Shown here: positions 1 to 9,563 of the stretch, piece by piece
Layout of the letters: each line of letters begins with the position of its first letter
How positions within the stretch are numbered: the stretch's first letter is position 1
DNA from: a virus
Reading direction: 5' to 3' (one strand)
Length of the DNA: 64,000 nt
UHGV virus genome: UHGV-0028991
Notes under the pieces: model-generated
What the model saw: only the letters and a program-made list of their open reading frames with translations
Told to the model about the DNA's origin: nothing
Databases searched by the model: none
Made by a program: the position numbers and the translations under genes

Positions 1-130
1 CTTCGTGCTCCGGGCAATCTTTGCATCAGGATTTTGCTCATTATATGCCCGAATCAAAGCGGCAACAATATGGCTTTGCCGCTCAGTCTCGACCTTCAAT
101 CTCTCATACTTGGCAATTTCATTATACACT

Positions 131-379
131 TTATTCAGCTTTACCATTTCCTGCGTTCCTCCATGCAAAATTGTTCTTATAGTTCGTCCGCTTTTCAGTT
201 GAATATTTATCACAGTTGTCCTTGCCCACACCGCTTGACCGCTTCATGCCAGTTCGATACATGAATGCGCAGTATTCAAATTCGCCACCCGAATTTAATC
301 GCTCAAGATATTTGCACCCCTTGCAATTTACGGTCAACGGGTTCGGCTTAAACAACTCAATATGCACTCGTCTGTCCAT
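131..379 (-). CDS. hypothetical protein (82 aa)
   Basis: ORF in a run of co-oriented minus-strand genes; no recognisable motif. Confidence 0.3.
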   Translation of the reverse strand: MDRRVHIELFKPNPLTVNCKGCKYLERLNSGGEFEYCAFMYRTGMKRSSGVGKDNCDKYSTEKRTNYKNNFAWRNAGNGKAE

Positions 380-384
380 ACGAA

Positions 385-630
385 TTAAAACTCATACAGG
401 AAAGAGTACAGAAGAGAATGAGCGCGCGGGTCGGTCGGATATTTTTCTCTGAACTCGCTCATGAGCCGCAGATATTTGTCCCGGCATTTCTTGATCTCTT
501 CCCACTTATCGTTGCGCGTCTGCTCTCTTGCCGCTCTATCCGCTTGCTCTTTGTCATATGCTCGTTCGGCTTCAAACAGCTTTGTTTCATCATCGAATAG
601 CTTGCACAGTTTGTCGCTATAATATCTCAT
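385..630 (-). CDS. hypothetical charged coiled-coil protein (81 aa)
   Basis: ORF begins MRYYSDK, the same heptapeptide that opens the small acidic ORF at 15140; otherwise uncharacterised. Confidence 0.35.
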   Translation of the reverse strand: MRYYSDKLCKLFDDETKLFEAERAYDKEQADRAAREQTRNDKWEEIKKCRDKYLRLMSEFREKYPTDPRAHSLLYSFLYEF

Positions 631-896
631 AACATGTCCTCCTCAAAATTAAATCTATCACAGCTTGGACAGAACGCCCCAATATGTGATTCAAATGGAG
701 CGCCGTCCAATTCATAGTGATATTCTTTGTGCTCTTGGTATTCAAGCTCTTGCCCGCACTTTTGACATCGGTCATTATCCGATAGCCACCTGTGGCAATC
801 TGCATCAATTTCGTCCTTTGATTCCGACAAAATCTCGATCAGCAATGCCGCAATTTCATCATACGGTAAATCAAGCTCGTTGATTACGTCCCACAT
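627..896 (-). CDS. Cys-rich zinc-ribbon protein (89 aa)
   Basis: AGGAGG RBS upstream of the ATG; CxxC...CxxC pairs (CQKCG, CPSCD) suggest a zinc ribbon. Confidence 0.45.
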   Translation of the reverse strand: MWDVINELDLPYDEIAALLIEILSESKDEIDADCHRWLSDNDRCQKCGQELEYQEHKEYHYELDGAPFESHIGAFCPSCDRFNFEEDML

Positions 897-912
897 ATTG
901 CCTCCTATATCA

Positions 913-1749
913 TTAGAATGTCATTGCCGAAACGGCTGCGTTGACCGCTTTCTCGTTGGTCTTGATATATCTGCTCGTAGTAGAAATAGACGAATGATGC
1001 AGTACATCACGAATAACCGCAACAGGTACACCGTTCTCGGACATAATGGATGCACACGCCGCTCTCAGCGAATGCGCAGAAATCTCAAATGGCAACCCCG
1101 CTTTTCGCCCAACAACCTTCAGCGTCTTGTCGAAATTGGCGTTATTGATTTTGCCGCCCCATGTGGAAGTAAACAAATATTCACCGCCGTCTTTTCTCTT
1201 CGGCAGATATTGTTCAATTGCCACAATATTTGCATCGCTGAAGAACGCAAAGAATTCCTTGCCGCCCTTACCTGTCATAGCAATCTTGTTCGCACCGTCT
1301 TTGCGCATTTGTTCGTATTGCTTAAGAGTGATGCTTGTGAGCTCGTTGAATCGAAGCCCAGTAGTTGCATAGCAGGAAATCAGCGCCTTATCGCGGGCAT
1401 TTGTCGCGGCTTTAATAAGCGCAGACACCATATCTGCACTCATAAATTCCTTCGGCTTAGAATGAATGCTCGGGCGCTTAACATTCGCCATTGGATTCTT
1501 TTCAATCGTCCCGCATTCGCACAGAAACTTGAAATAAGAATTGAGCGCGTTAAGCTTAATATTGATTGTCGCAGAAGAAGCATCGGACATGCTTTCCATC
1601 CATGCGAGAATATCATATTTCTCAACGCGCTCTGCGTCCTTATTTGCAAAAGCAAAGAAATTTGCAATTGCCTCGGCATATCTTGCGATTGTGTTTGCGG
1701 CTTTCTTTTCTGCTCTCAGGCTGATAAGATACTCATTAAACTTCGTCAT
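913..1749 (-). CDS. tyrosine site-specific recombinase (Xer/phage-integrase family), 278 aa
   Basis: C-terminal catalytic region with AHSLRAA (H-x-x-R) and LHHSSISTTSRY (catalytic Tyr); size and layout are XerC/D-like. Confidence 0.8.
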   Translation of the reverse strand: MTKFNEYLISLRAEKKAANTIARYAEAIANFFAFANKDAERVEKYDILAWMESMSDASSATINIKLNALNSYFKFLCECGTIEKNPMANVKRPSIHSKPKEFMSADMVSALIKAATNARDKALISCYATTGLRFNELTSITLKQYEQMRKDGANKIAMTGKGGKEFFAFFSDANIVAIEQYLPKRKDGGEYLFTSTWGGKINNANFDKTLKVVGRKAGLPFEISAHSLRAACASIMSENGVPVAVIRDVLHHSSISTTSRYIKTNEKAVNAAVSAMTF

Positions 1750-1823
1750 TTTATTTGTCCTCCGTCATTTGTTAAGTACATTATACAGCACGTCGAGCGG
1801 TTTGTCAATAGCTTTTTGAAAAT

Positions 1824-2105
1824 TTATTTCAACTTTTTTGCAGCATCTTTGATATTCTTAGAAAGATTGAATACAATCTTCACACGAGCTGGGGCTACAA
1901 GCTGTTCGCCAGTCCGAGGATTCCTTGATTTTCGCGGCTCCATGTTGCGATATTCTGTCTGCCCCAAGCCATAAATATTCACGCCTTCGCCCGTCTCACA
2001 GGCCGTAATCATCAGCCCGAGCACCGTATCAACTGCGGTCTGCGCTTCATTCCATGTGCAGCTTGTTTCTTCTCTATATCTTTTTGTCAGTTCTTTTCTG
2101 TCCAT
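1824..2105 (-). CDS. HU/IHF-family DNA-binding protein (93 aa)
   Basis: GLGQTEYRNMEPRKSRNPRTGEQLVAPARVKIVF matches the HU arm motif (R-NP-TGE...I). Confidence 0.8.
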   Translation of the reverse strand: MDRKELTKRYREETSCTWNEAQTAVDTVLGLMITACETGEGVNIYGLGQTEYRNMEPRKSRNPRTGEQLVAPARVKIVFNLSKNIKDAAKKLK

Positions 2106-2122
2106 GTTTATTTGTTTACTCC

Positions 2123-2731
2123 TTACTCTGCGGTCTGAACATCTGCTGTGTTGCTAAACTGAGACCACAGTACAACACCGTTATCCCAAATGCAAATAAA
2201 ATAAAATTGGTCCTCAGCTGCATTTCTGTATTCAATGATAAAAGACTGGTGGTTGTCTGTTGTTCTGTTGCGGTGCGTTGCAGTATAAGCAAACGGGGCA
2301 AAGTCCGCGCCATATGTGTCAACCATATATGCATGTGCAACATCGAGCAGTGCATCTGCATCCATTGCAGCATCGTCGCTCCATGCGCCTGGCTTGCTCA
2401 TTGTACGAATAAGTCGACCTTCTTCATTCACGGTGAATTCATTGTCGTCTTTGTCTTTGTATACTTTCACCTTGTCGCCAACGCCGTTCGTGCTTTCTTC
2501 CACAAATGTTAGGTCGGCTGTATCAAATGTGGTATCTGTCGGAATTTCCACAAGCCCAGAAGATTCTTCCTCGGTCGGCTCTTCGGTCGTTACAATATCG
2601 GATACCCGCTCCTTCAGCGCGTCACGCTCGTTGATAAGGTCGCAAATCTTAACCCCGACAAAAATCGTCAGAGCACATAACAGTACAGCAATCAAAGTAA
2701 CGATAACGGCATACCTTCTTTCTTCTTTCAT
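2123..2731 (-). CDS. membrane-anchored protein with an acidic extracytoplasmic domain (202 aa)
   Basis: N-terminal transmembrane helix (AVIVTLIAVLLCALTIFVGV) followed by a D/E/T-rich region. Confidence 0.4.
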   Translation of the reverse strand: MKEERRYAVIVTLIAVLLCALTIFVGVKICDLINERDALKERVSDIVTTEEPTEEESSGLVEIPTDTTFDTADLTFVEESTNGVGDKVKVYKDKDDNEFTVNEEGRLIRTMSKPGAWSDDAAMDADALLDVAHAYMVDTYGADFAPFAYTATHRNRTTDNHQSFIIEYRNAAEDQFYFICIWDNGVVLWSQFSNTADVQTAE

Positions 2732-2747
2732 TTTTTTTGTTCCTTTC

Positions 2748-3113
2748 TTATTTTACTACAATTTCAATAATTTTGTCTCCGCCAAAGTTTTCTGAATCTC
2801 TAATGCCAACCCTATGACCGTCACATGTTTGTCTGAAATCTTCCTCCGTAATGCCAAGCCTTGTCAGCCCGCTCTTCTTGCACAGATAGCCAACAAGCAA
2901 TTGTAGCCTTTGAATGTCTGCATGGCTTTTGTTAAGCTGCCTCTGCAAACCGACCAAATTGCCGTTGATTGCTTCTCTGTATTCCATTGATTTTTTCAGA
3001 CATTGATTTTCTCGCTCGAGGCTTTCATTAAGCTGCGCCTGTGCAATGGCAAATGCAATAAGCTCTTGAGCGGGCAGGCTTGCAATTTTTGCTTTATCTT
3101 CTGTTTTAATCAT
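2748..3113 (-). CDS. hypothetical coiled-coil protein (121 aa)
   Basis: ORF with RBS; no motif. Confidence 0.35.
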   Translation of the reverse strand: MIKTEDKAKIASLPAQELIAFAIAQAQLNESLERENQCLKKSMEYREAINGNLVGLQRQLNKSHADIQRLQLLVGYLCKKSGLTRLGITEEDFRQTCDGHRVGIRDSENFGGDKIIEIVVK

Positions 3114-3118
3114 CTTCT

Positions 3119-3349
3119 TTAATCCTCCTTTCTAACAAGAATATATTTGCCATTGATTACGGCGGGTTTGTCATAACATTTTGTACAATTTTTTATGTAA
3201 CAATCTATGAAAGATACATTAAAATCTGAAAATGGATAAGCATTTGGACAGTTAAGCACACCACCAGGCGCTTTCTCTTTAATGCAATATGGATGGTGCT
3301 TTGCCACCCATTCCCGCCGCGTCATAAATCGCATTCGTTTAATTTTCAT
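3119..3349 (-). CDS. small Cys-rich protein (76 aa)
   Basis: Many Cys and His residues (HHPYC, CPNAY, CYIKNCTKC); possible zinc-binding. Confidence 0.35.
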   Translation of the reverse strand: MKIKRMRFMTRREWVAKHHPYCIKEKAPGGVLNCPNAYPFSDFNVSFIDCYIKNCTKCYDKPAVINGKYILVRKED

Positions 3350-3355
3350 TTTATT

Positions 3356-3541
3356 TCACTTCCTTGGAAACACATATGTGATTCGGTTATATGACATTGC
3401 ATCTTCGCCTCTCTTCGTTTTGTGGAATCTCGCGCACACAGATTTGCCCCACTCTTTTATACTCTCTACCTCATTGGTCGTTGTTCTGCGCTCCGTGATT
3501 TCTACACGGTTCGGGTAGAAGTATTTCGTAATGATTTTCAT
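3356..3541 (-). CDS. small hypothetical protein (about 61 aa, start MKIITKYF)
   Basis: GGAGG RBS directly upstream of this ATG; the longer ORF in the track has no RBS. Confidence 0.35.
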   Translation of the reverse strand: MKIITKYFYPNRVEITERRTTTNEVESIKEWGKSVCARFHKTKRGEDAMSYNRITYVFPRK

Positions 3542-3610
3542 AAAACCCTCCTCTCTTTCATTACATTTTGTTTTTTTGTTGAAAACCATTGCTTCCTTTA
3601 CTGTGATTTC

Positions 3611-3639
3611 ATTATATCATATACAATTCCACTTGTCAA
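3611..3639 (-). promoter_or_regulatory. consensus sigma-70 promoter (TTGACA, 17 nt, TATAAT) on the minus strand
   Basis: Minus-strand reading is TTGACAagtggaattgtatatgaTATAAT, an exact match to both hexamers with a 17-nt spacer. Confidence 0.6.
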
Positions 3640-3640
3640 T

Positions 3641-3704
3641 ACCTTTTTCAAAAAAATATAAAAAAAATAACTGCTCTGAAATTTCGTCAAATAACAGAGC
3701 AGTT
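3641..3704 (-). terminator. rho-independent terminator
   Basis: Perfect 10-bp stem (AACTGCTCTG/CAGAGCAGTT) with a 16-nt loop, followed on the minus strand by a long U-tract. Confidence 0.65.
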
Positions 3705-4440
3705 AATGTGGACTATGCATCTGTTCACAAATCACGCTATCTGCAAACTTCTTAATATCGCATAGTCTATCCGAGTGAACACTGAAAGACTCGAACTTTC
3801 ATCCTCCCGTCAGCCTCGTCGCTGAATTTCTATCGGCGCTCTCCCTTTGAGCTAAGCGTTCATTTCAAAATGTTTACGCCTGTCCATAAGCGATTGAATT
3901 TTATCACAAAGAATTTTGCGTTGTTTGTGAGCACATTTGATATTTGCAACTCTCTCAAAGTTCATGACGTAAAATCGCGCCGCTTCGGACAACGAGTAAA
4001 ATGTCTTTGTGTAAAATCCGCATCCATACAAATATGTGCTTCGATACATTGCAAATACTACCATGCCCGCACCTCTTTTTTTAATATTTACATAAGATTC
4101 CCTACACAGTAGACAGAGGTCGTTACTTCTACTCCTTAGCACATCCTATTTGTAGTAAGACTGTGTTGCTCTGCTACATAATAACTTGTACCACATTAGA
4201 ATAATTACTATAAACGAAGGAAAGTAATTACTCGCTTCGTGGGTGTCCCATACAAGGCAGGTCCTTTTAATCTTACTACGTGCCCCTCCAACCCTCGGGT
4301 TGTCTTATGTGATTGTGCCTGCTTAGAATCAATCAGCATTACTTCGCCATCACAATCTGCATATCCGACATGCACTACGCATTATCTATACCGGGCACGC
4401 AGCTGATTTGCGCTGAAGCAAATGCTTCAAAATGCCCGTC

Positions 4441-4514
4441 TGGTACTGTAAGATAGTGTCGAACTATCGTCTATCGGTTATAAGCCGATTGCTCTTCCGT
4501 TGAGCTATTACAGC
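4441..4514 (-). tRNA. tRNA with anticodon UAU (Ile-like), CCA encoded
   Basis: Hand-folded cloverleaf: acceptor GCUGUAA/UUACAGU, D-arm GCUC-AACGGAA-GAGC, anticodon arm AUCGG-CUUAUAA-CCGAU, T-arm GAUAG-UUCGACA-CUAUC, discriminator A plus CCA. Confidence 0.7.
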
Positions 4515-4626
4515 ATATCCTGCGGTTTTACCCGCAGAATAATATATCGAAAAAGGAGGAGAAAAATGAATTCTTGTCAAGCCAGCCACTTGACATTATT
4601 TATTATAGCATGGCCAATTTCATTTG

Positions 4627-4962
4627 TCAAGGGTTTTTTGAAAATTTCTTTATATCTTTTTGAGTACAAAATCCATCTGGCGCATCAATGCCAATACTTG
4701 CGCCTGCCATAGAACATCCAAGCAGTGCAGAAATGCATTCATCAATTTTATACACATAAACATTACTTGGATTGTCAATCTGTATATTACCATCTGTGAC
4801 AGAATAAACAGGAATTTGCTTATCTGTGACGCCTTTAATCCTTGCAAGAATAGTTTTAATATGCATGTAGCTTGGGCATATAATTGCGCCATTATTCTTG
4901 ACCGCCTCTTGAATAAGGTTGTCTAAAATATCATCGCAGTAATGTCCTATAAAAAGTCTCAT
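4627..4962 (-). CDS. hypothetical protein (111 aa)
   Basis: ORF in the minus-strand operon upstream of the tRNA. Confidence 0.35.
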   Translation of the reverse strand: MRLFIGHYCDDILDNLIQEAVKNNGAIICPSYMHIKTILARIKGVTDKQIPVYSVTDGNIQIDNPSNVYVYKIDECISALLGCSMAGASIGIDAPDGFCTQKDIKKFSKNP

Positions 4963-5318
4963 TTGACATGCTCTCCATTTCTTGTTTCCTCAAAATATTT
5001 TTCAAATGAAAACCATTGGTCTTTGAATAAATTACCAATAGCAATAACTTTTCCAAACGGACTATCAAATTTAGCCCTGATGCATTTGCCTTTTAGTTCT
5101 TCCCATGATTCAACGCCGACCGTTTTCATGAGTTCGATAATTGCACCATAGCCATCGCTCGATTCATACCTGCCTGGCTCTGCACACCATCTGTCAAGAA
5201 CATATCCGCCATAACCACAACCCCACCCATTGCCTTCCATGATAACATAGGCGGTTAAGCATCCGTGATCTTCGCCAAGTTTTGTACTGGTGATTTTGGC
5301 ATTTAATATCTCATTCAT
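4959..5318 (-). CDS. hypothetical Gly/Trp/Cys-rich protein (about 119 aa)
   Basis: ORF with GGAG RBS upstream of MNEILNAK. Confidence 0.35.
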   Translation of the reverse strand: MNEILNAKITSTKLGEDHGCLTAYVIMEGNGWGCGYGGYVLDRWCAEPGRYESSDGYGAIIELMKTVGVESWEELKGKCIRAKFDSPFGKVIAIGNLFKDQWFSFEKYFEETRNGEHVK

Positions 5319-5664
5319 TCTTACCACTCCTCAATTCATTTACGGCTTCCACAAGCTCATTGATTTTATCTATAATGGTTGCATGCAATCCGTTAGAGCA
5401 ATGCGGCAACTCTTCAATTTCTTCTAGTTGTTGTTCTTTTGTAAAATCATATTTACCAATACGGTTAAATAAAGCTTTTAATGGTTCGATAGTCCCATTA
5501 AAGTTCATCTCGGGATTGCGCGTCGTTTTTACTTTTATTTGATAAAAAATATCGCCATCGTCATTAAGGCTCTGTCTTTTAATGCTTGTTATGTAACCAA
5601 CTCTTCCAGATGCTGTTTCTACATAATCACCGACTCGAAAATTATATTCTTTGTTTGCTTTCAT
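5311..5664 (-). CDS. hypothetical protein (117 aa)
   Basis: ORF; an N-terminal VGDYV...GRVGYI stretch looks like an SH3/KOW-type beta motif. Confidence 0.35.
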   Translation of the reverse strand: MKANKEYNFRVGDYVETASGRVGYITSIKRQSLNDDGDIFYQIKVKTTRNPEMNFNGTIEPLKALFNRIGKYDFTKEQQLEEIEELPHCSNGLHATIIDKINELVEAVNELRSGKNE

Positions 5665-5683
5665 TGTTGCTTAAGCCTCCTTG

Positions 5684-6014
5684 TTAAATACGAAATGAGA
5701 CTGGTGCGGTGCGCGAAATCACACTATCAATGCTCCATAAATCACAACACGCCTTTTCGTATGCTTCATCAAAGATGTCCTCTTCGATAAAAATCATGAA
5801 ATACTTACGCGAACGCAATGTCTTAAATGTGCTATATTCATATATCCATGCCATTTGTCCGCTTGATGATTGCATTCGCCATTCTCCCTTGCCCTGCCAC
5901 ATTGGACAGAAGCTATATCTGAATTCGAGATATTTCACAATGTCATGGACCGACTCTGTGTTTTTACAAACAAATGCAACACAGCTTATAAGTGGTCGTT
6001 TGTTGTTATTCTTC
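5684..6014 (-). CDS. hypothetical protein (about 110 aa, start MKNNNKRP)
   Basis: Internal ATG chosen so the overlap with the upstream gene is minimal. Confidence 0.3.
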
Positions 6015-6326
6015 ATGCGCATTCTCCATGTCCGCAAAATATCTATTGACCATTTCGCAAAACACCGTGTTGTGTGAATCGTTCGCAAGTTCTTTTAGTC
6101 TACAATAGGCACTCTGCTCTTCTTCTTCCGTGTATGGCAGGAGAATAAAATCCCCGTCGGATGATATTTTTACCTTTGGAACTACCGTTCTAAGACTGCC
6201 AATTTCATTACCCTCATTGTCTAAGAGCGGGCGCTTGCCAACAACAATAGCAGTTCCGTCGCTGTTATACACATAAAATGCGCCCTGAAAAAGTTCAAGA
6301 ATAGAATCAAACGCATCTCTTATCAT
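6006..6326 (-). CDS. hypothetical protein (106 aa)
   Basis: ORF in operon. Confidence 0.35.
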   Translation of the reverse strand: MIRDAFDSILELFQGAFYVYNSDGTAIVVGKRPLLDNEGNEIGSLRTVVPKVKISSDGDFILLPYTEEEEQSAYCRLKELANDSHNTVFCEMVNRYFADMENAHEE

Positions 6327-6332
6327 TGTTCG

Positions 6333-6644
6333 TCATCTCCCCCCACTTCTACAAGCATCCATAAATTCGCACCACTTTAGAATATACTTATCAAGCCCGT
6401 CTTCCCAATCTTCCATCAATCGCATGCCGACAGACTCAATTTCCCAACACGGCTCTTTCTCATTATATCGCAATGTAGCCACGGAATAACACGACCGCGT
6501 TGTTACGATTTCTTTCTGCTGAGTAATGCTCAATACTTTCATTGGTTTATGGTCATACCACTTAATCAAATCAAAGCTGTTTGGGTCAGTATGTCCATCT
6601 AAGAATTGTGTTGGTTTAATTTCAAATTTATCTCTGAACAGCAT
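6333..6644 (-). CDS. hypothetical protein (103 aa)
   Basis: ORF in operon. Confidence 0.35.
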   Translation of the reverse strand: MLFRDKFEIKPTQFLDGHTDPNSFDLIKWYDHKPMKVLSITQQKEIVTTRSCYSVATLRYNEKEPCWEIESVGMRLMEDWEDGLDKYILKWCEFMDACRSGGR

Positions 6645-6941
6645 TCAAACCTCCTCTGGCAAGCCACCATAGACATCAACCGATTGAATATCTTGAATGC
6701 CAAGAATACGAACATAATCCTCGCCGTCAAGAACATCGTTCAGCCAACCGACACGCACATCGCCATTTGCTTCAATAAGCGGAAACGCAATCGCATTAAA
6801 ATTCGACCACAGTTTACCATCGTGTGATGTCTCGAGCATAACAATTACTTGGCATGACCCGTGTTTATCCCAAAACAAACGAACATACGAATCAATGCTT
6901 GCCTGCATAGACATGCCCCTATGCTGTTTCAATTCAATCAT
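6645..6941 (-). CDS. hypothetical protein (98 aa)
   Basis: ORF in operon. Confidence 0.35.
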   Translation of the reverse strand: MIELKQHRGMSMQASIDSYVRLFWDKHGSCQVIVMLETSHDGKLWSNFNAIAFPLIEANGDVRVGWLNDVLDGEDYVRILGIQDIQSVDVYGGLPEEV

Positions 6942-6953
6942 TTCGTCGCCTCC

Positions 6954-8594
6954 TCACTTGAAAATATCGTCCCAGTCAACATTGCCGATATCTGCCTTAT
7001 GTGAAATTTCAAACTTCCTAACAATCGCCTGAATTTTCTTTTTGCTCATGTATTCGTTAATGCTCAATTCAAATAGGCACTCAACTTGGCATGAGCCATA
7101 AGCATGTGTTTCGGCTTGTTCTGCTATATCATTTGATGCCATGAAGTACAGAAAATCAAAACCTTCTGATTCAAACTTAATTGTGTTTGTTCTCTTGCGG
7201 TAGACGGTCACTTTTGGGCTGTCAAGCACAACATGAAACACGGGCGCAGGCACATCATTACACATACACTTGGTCTGCTCTAACAAATTTTCGACCAATG
7301 CAATATCAATATCTTTAAGTGCCAAATCACAATCACAAAGTTCCAAAGTATCAGCCAAAAGCTCATTTTGATACTTTGCCCATTCAATGAATTTGTCATA
7401 GTCCTGCTTCTTAATTGTGATGCCCGCAGCTGCATCATGCCCTTGCACCCTACACAACTTGGAAGAATTAAGCAAATCCATGATTTCATTGGGCGCACGC
7501 ATTGAGCCTGAATATGATTTGTCTGACTGCTCTCGCAAGACTAATGTGGGCTTGTGGTAATTGCTCAAAATGCTGTTTGCATACAGCCCGGTGTATGGTG
7601 CCCATTGTTTGTCAACAAAGCTAACCATAAACGGTCCCGCTTCTTCAGGTGGCGAATCTTCAGACATTGCTTTTGTTGCATTTGCCTGTACTGTTTTAGC
7701 CGTCCGCCCTGCATGGATTGCATCTGAGAAATCAATCTCGCCAAGGAACGCCCTGACAAACAACTCAATATCTGAATCTTCAACTCTTGTCAACGCATTA
7801 GCAATTGGGGCAATGCTCCATCCGATTGACTTTGCGCTTCGGTCTCCTTTTGCAAGACGGTCGTATAGAAATTGCAAAAATTCATTTTCAACTCTGTTAA
7901 GCCCTGTGCGCAAAATTGCAATATTTTCAATCCCACGAATCGAACACATATCCGAAACAATACTTGCTGCGCCCATATCCCAATAATACGGCGGGATAAT
8001 ATTATTTGCATTGCAATATGCTATAATGAATTTTATTGTTACACATGTGCCAGACAAATCACGATTGACTAAATCGTCTTTTTGCAAAAACGGATTTACA
8101 ATTGTCGCATATGGATTTTTCTTTGTCGGCTTGTGATGGTCGAGGACTAAAATTGTGCAACCGCTATTGCACAAAATTTCAGCATTCTTGCTCGGGTCTG
8201 TTCCTGCGTCGGGCACAATCAGCAATTCGGTTTTGTAATCCCAAATTTGCTTTGCGGCTTCTTTTGTAATTCCATGCTTTTTGCCTTTGTGTGTGACAAG
8301 ATTAAATTTTACATTTTGCCTTTTCAGAAAATCGCACATGACCGCAGAGGACAGAATGCCGTCAAAGTCTGCATCGGCTAAAACCGAAATTGTTTTTTGA
8401 TTTTCAATTGCTGATTTCAAGATTGCAATTCCCTGCTTGGTCGGCTCATCTAAAATCGGATTTTGAATATCAGACTCGCCCGCTGAAATCCATTTCTCAG
8501 GCTCGGCAACTCCACAGGCAATCAAATGTTCAAAAACCAAATTTCCAAAATCAATTTCAGATTCTAACTTCTTAATTCGCTTTTCAATTTTCAC
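6954..8594 (-). CDS. DHH-family phosphoesterase (RecJ-like exonuclease or nanoRNase-like), 546 aa
   Basis: ADADFDGILSSAV (DHH motif I and II region), LVLDHHKP (the DHH motif itself) and VQGHDAAAG (DHHA1 GGGH-type motif). Confidence 0.7.
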   Translation of the reverse strand: MKIEKRIKKLESEIDFGNLVFEHLIACGVAEPEKWISAGESDIQNPILDEPTKQGIAILKSAIENQKTISVLADADFDGILSSAVMCDFLKRQNVKFNLVTHKGKKHGITKEAAKQIWDYKTELLIVPDAGTDPSKNAEILCNSGCTILVLDHHKPTKKNPYATIVNPFLQKDDLVNRDLSGTCVTIKFIIAYCNANNIIPPYYWDMGAASIVSDMCSIRGIENIAILRTGLNRVENEFLQFLYDRLAKGDRSAKSIGWSIAPIANALTRVEDSDIELFVRAFLGEIDFSDAIHAGRTAKTVQANATKAMSEDSPPEEAGPFMVSFVDKQWAPYTGLYANSILSNYHKPTLVLREQSDKSYSGSMRAPNEIMDLLNSSKLCRVQGHDAAAGITIKKQDYDKFIEWAKYQNELLADTLELCDCDLALKDIDIALVENLLEQTKCMCNDVPAPVFHVVLDSPKVTVYRKRTNTIKFESEGFDFLYFMASNDIAEQAETHAYGSCQVECLFELSINEYMSKKKIQAIVRKFEISHKADIGNVDWDDIFK

Positions 8595-8599
8595 TTTCT

Positions 8600-9180
8600 A
8601 ATTTCCATTTCCGAATTTCAATTTTGATTTTTCATTTTGTATTATAGCATTTTAATTTTGCTTTGTCAATACTATTTTCAAATTTCCAAAAATAATTTTT
8701 GATTTTCTGTTTTCAAAACTCAAATTCTATTTTCTATTTTGTATTTCGGTATTTATATATTATTATTCTGCTATTTGATATTTGATATTAGATAGTTGAT
8801 ATTATATATATTATATTTTAATTATAATATTATAATTATATAATTTAATTTATTATAATAATTATTATATACAATAATAAATAATAAAACTAAATTTATA
8901 ATTTCTTTTCTTTGGTTCTTTCTTTTCTTTTTTTTGTTTTCTCATTTGTAAAATCAAAATCAAAAATCAATTTTCTAATTTTGATGTTGGATACATGCAA
9001 TTAAAATCGTAATAAACCGTATTATTTTTCACTGTATGCATGTTTTATATCAATAGGGTAGTATCTATGTACCTATATTGTTTCATGCGCTTATAGCTTA
9101 AAATAATAGTGTTTATGCATATGCCATATTGTATGTGTATACATATATATGTATTATATGGGGATATTCGTGCGCACGCA
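8600..9180. repeat. AT-rich repeat region with TGATATT-like direct repeats
   Basis: GC is well below 20% here. Repeated elements include tttgatatttgatattagatagttgatatt, ataat/tataat runs and the motif TTCTTTGGTTCTTTCTTT near 8907-8926. Confidence 0.6.
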
Positions 9181-9275
9181 AAAAAAATAGAGTTCCAGAA
9201 TTGGCACAAACAGGGTCTGGAGAAAAAGAAAACGCCCTGCTCGGTATTTGATAACTGGTCGGTCATTCACTGATT

Positions 9276-9316
9276 GAAGAAAAAAAAGAAAAGCCCCTGC
9301 ATCACTGCAAGGGCTT
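9276..9316 (-). terminator. rho-independent terminator after gene 9330-9560
   Basis: Hairpin AAGCCCCTGCA/TGCAAGGGCTT followed on the minus strand by UUCUUUUUUUUCUUC. Confidence 0.55.
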
Positions 9317-9329
9317 AAGCATCCGCGGA

Positions 9330-9560
9330 TTATATGCAATAGCGGCGCGCGGTTGTGTCGGTGTAAAAAGGCGTGAGCAGCGCTATAATTTGCGCGGGGT
9401 CCTGCTCCCGTGTCTCGGCTATAATGTCGCCTGTATCAGTGCGGACAGCTACAAGACGGGAGCCTTCCGGCATTTTTGATAGCATCGGAAACGAGCCGGG
9501 CCAACGTGCGGACCCGTAGCGCCGGGCATCCTCTCCGGCTTTACGGTTTAGTATGATCAT
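9330..9560 (-). CDS. small GC-rich protein (76 aa)
   Basis: ORF with roughly 55% GC, clearly above the window average. Confidence 0.4.
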   Translation of the reverse strand: MIILNRKAGEDARRYGSARWPGSFPMLSKMPEGSRLVAVRTDTGDIIAETREQDPAQIIALLTPFYTDTTARRYCI

Positions 9561-9563
9561 TTT

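Noticed and set aside
3745-3860. Second tRNA gene on the minus strand
   Set aside because: A T-arm (GAAAG-UUCGAGU-CUUUC) and a pairing acceptor stem (GAACGCU/AGUGUUC) are present. The 36 nt between the D-arm and T-arm cannot form a canonical anticodon arm (no U33, no 5-bp stem). It is kept only as a tRNA-like fragment and noted in the findings.
8600-9180. Possible CRISPR array in the AT-rich repeats
   Set aside because: The repeats are short (7-10 nt), irregularly spaced and AT-only. There is no 25-40 nt repeat/spacer periodicity and no cas genes.
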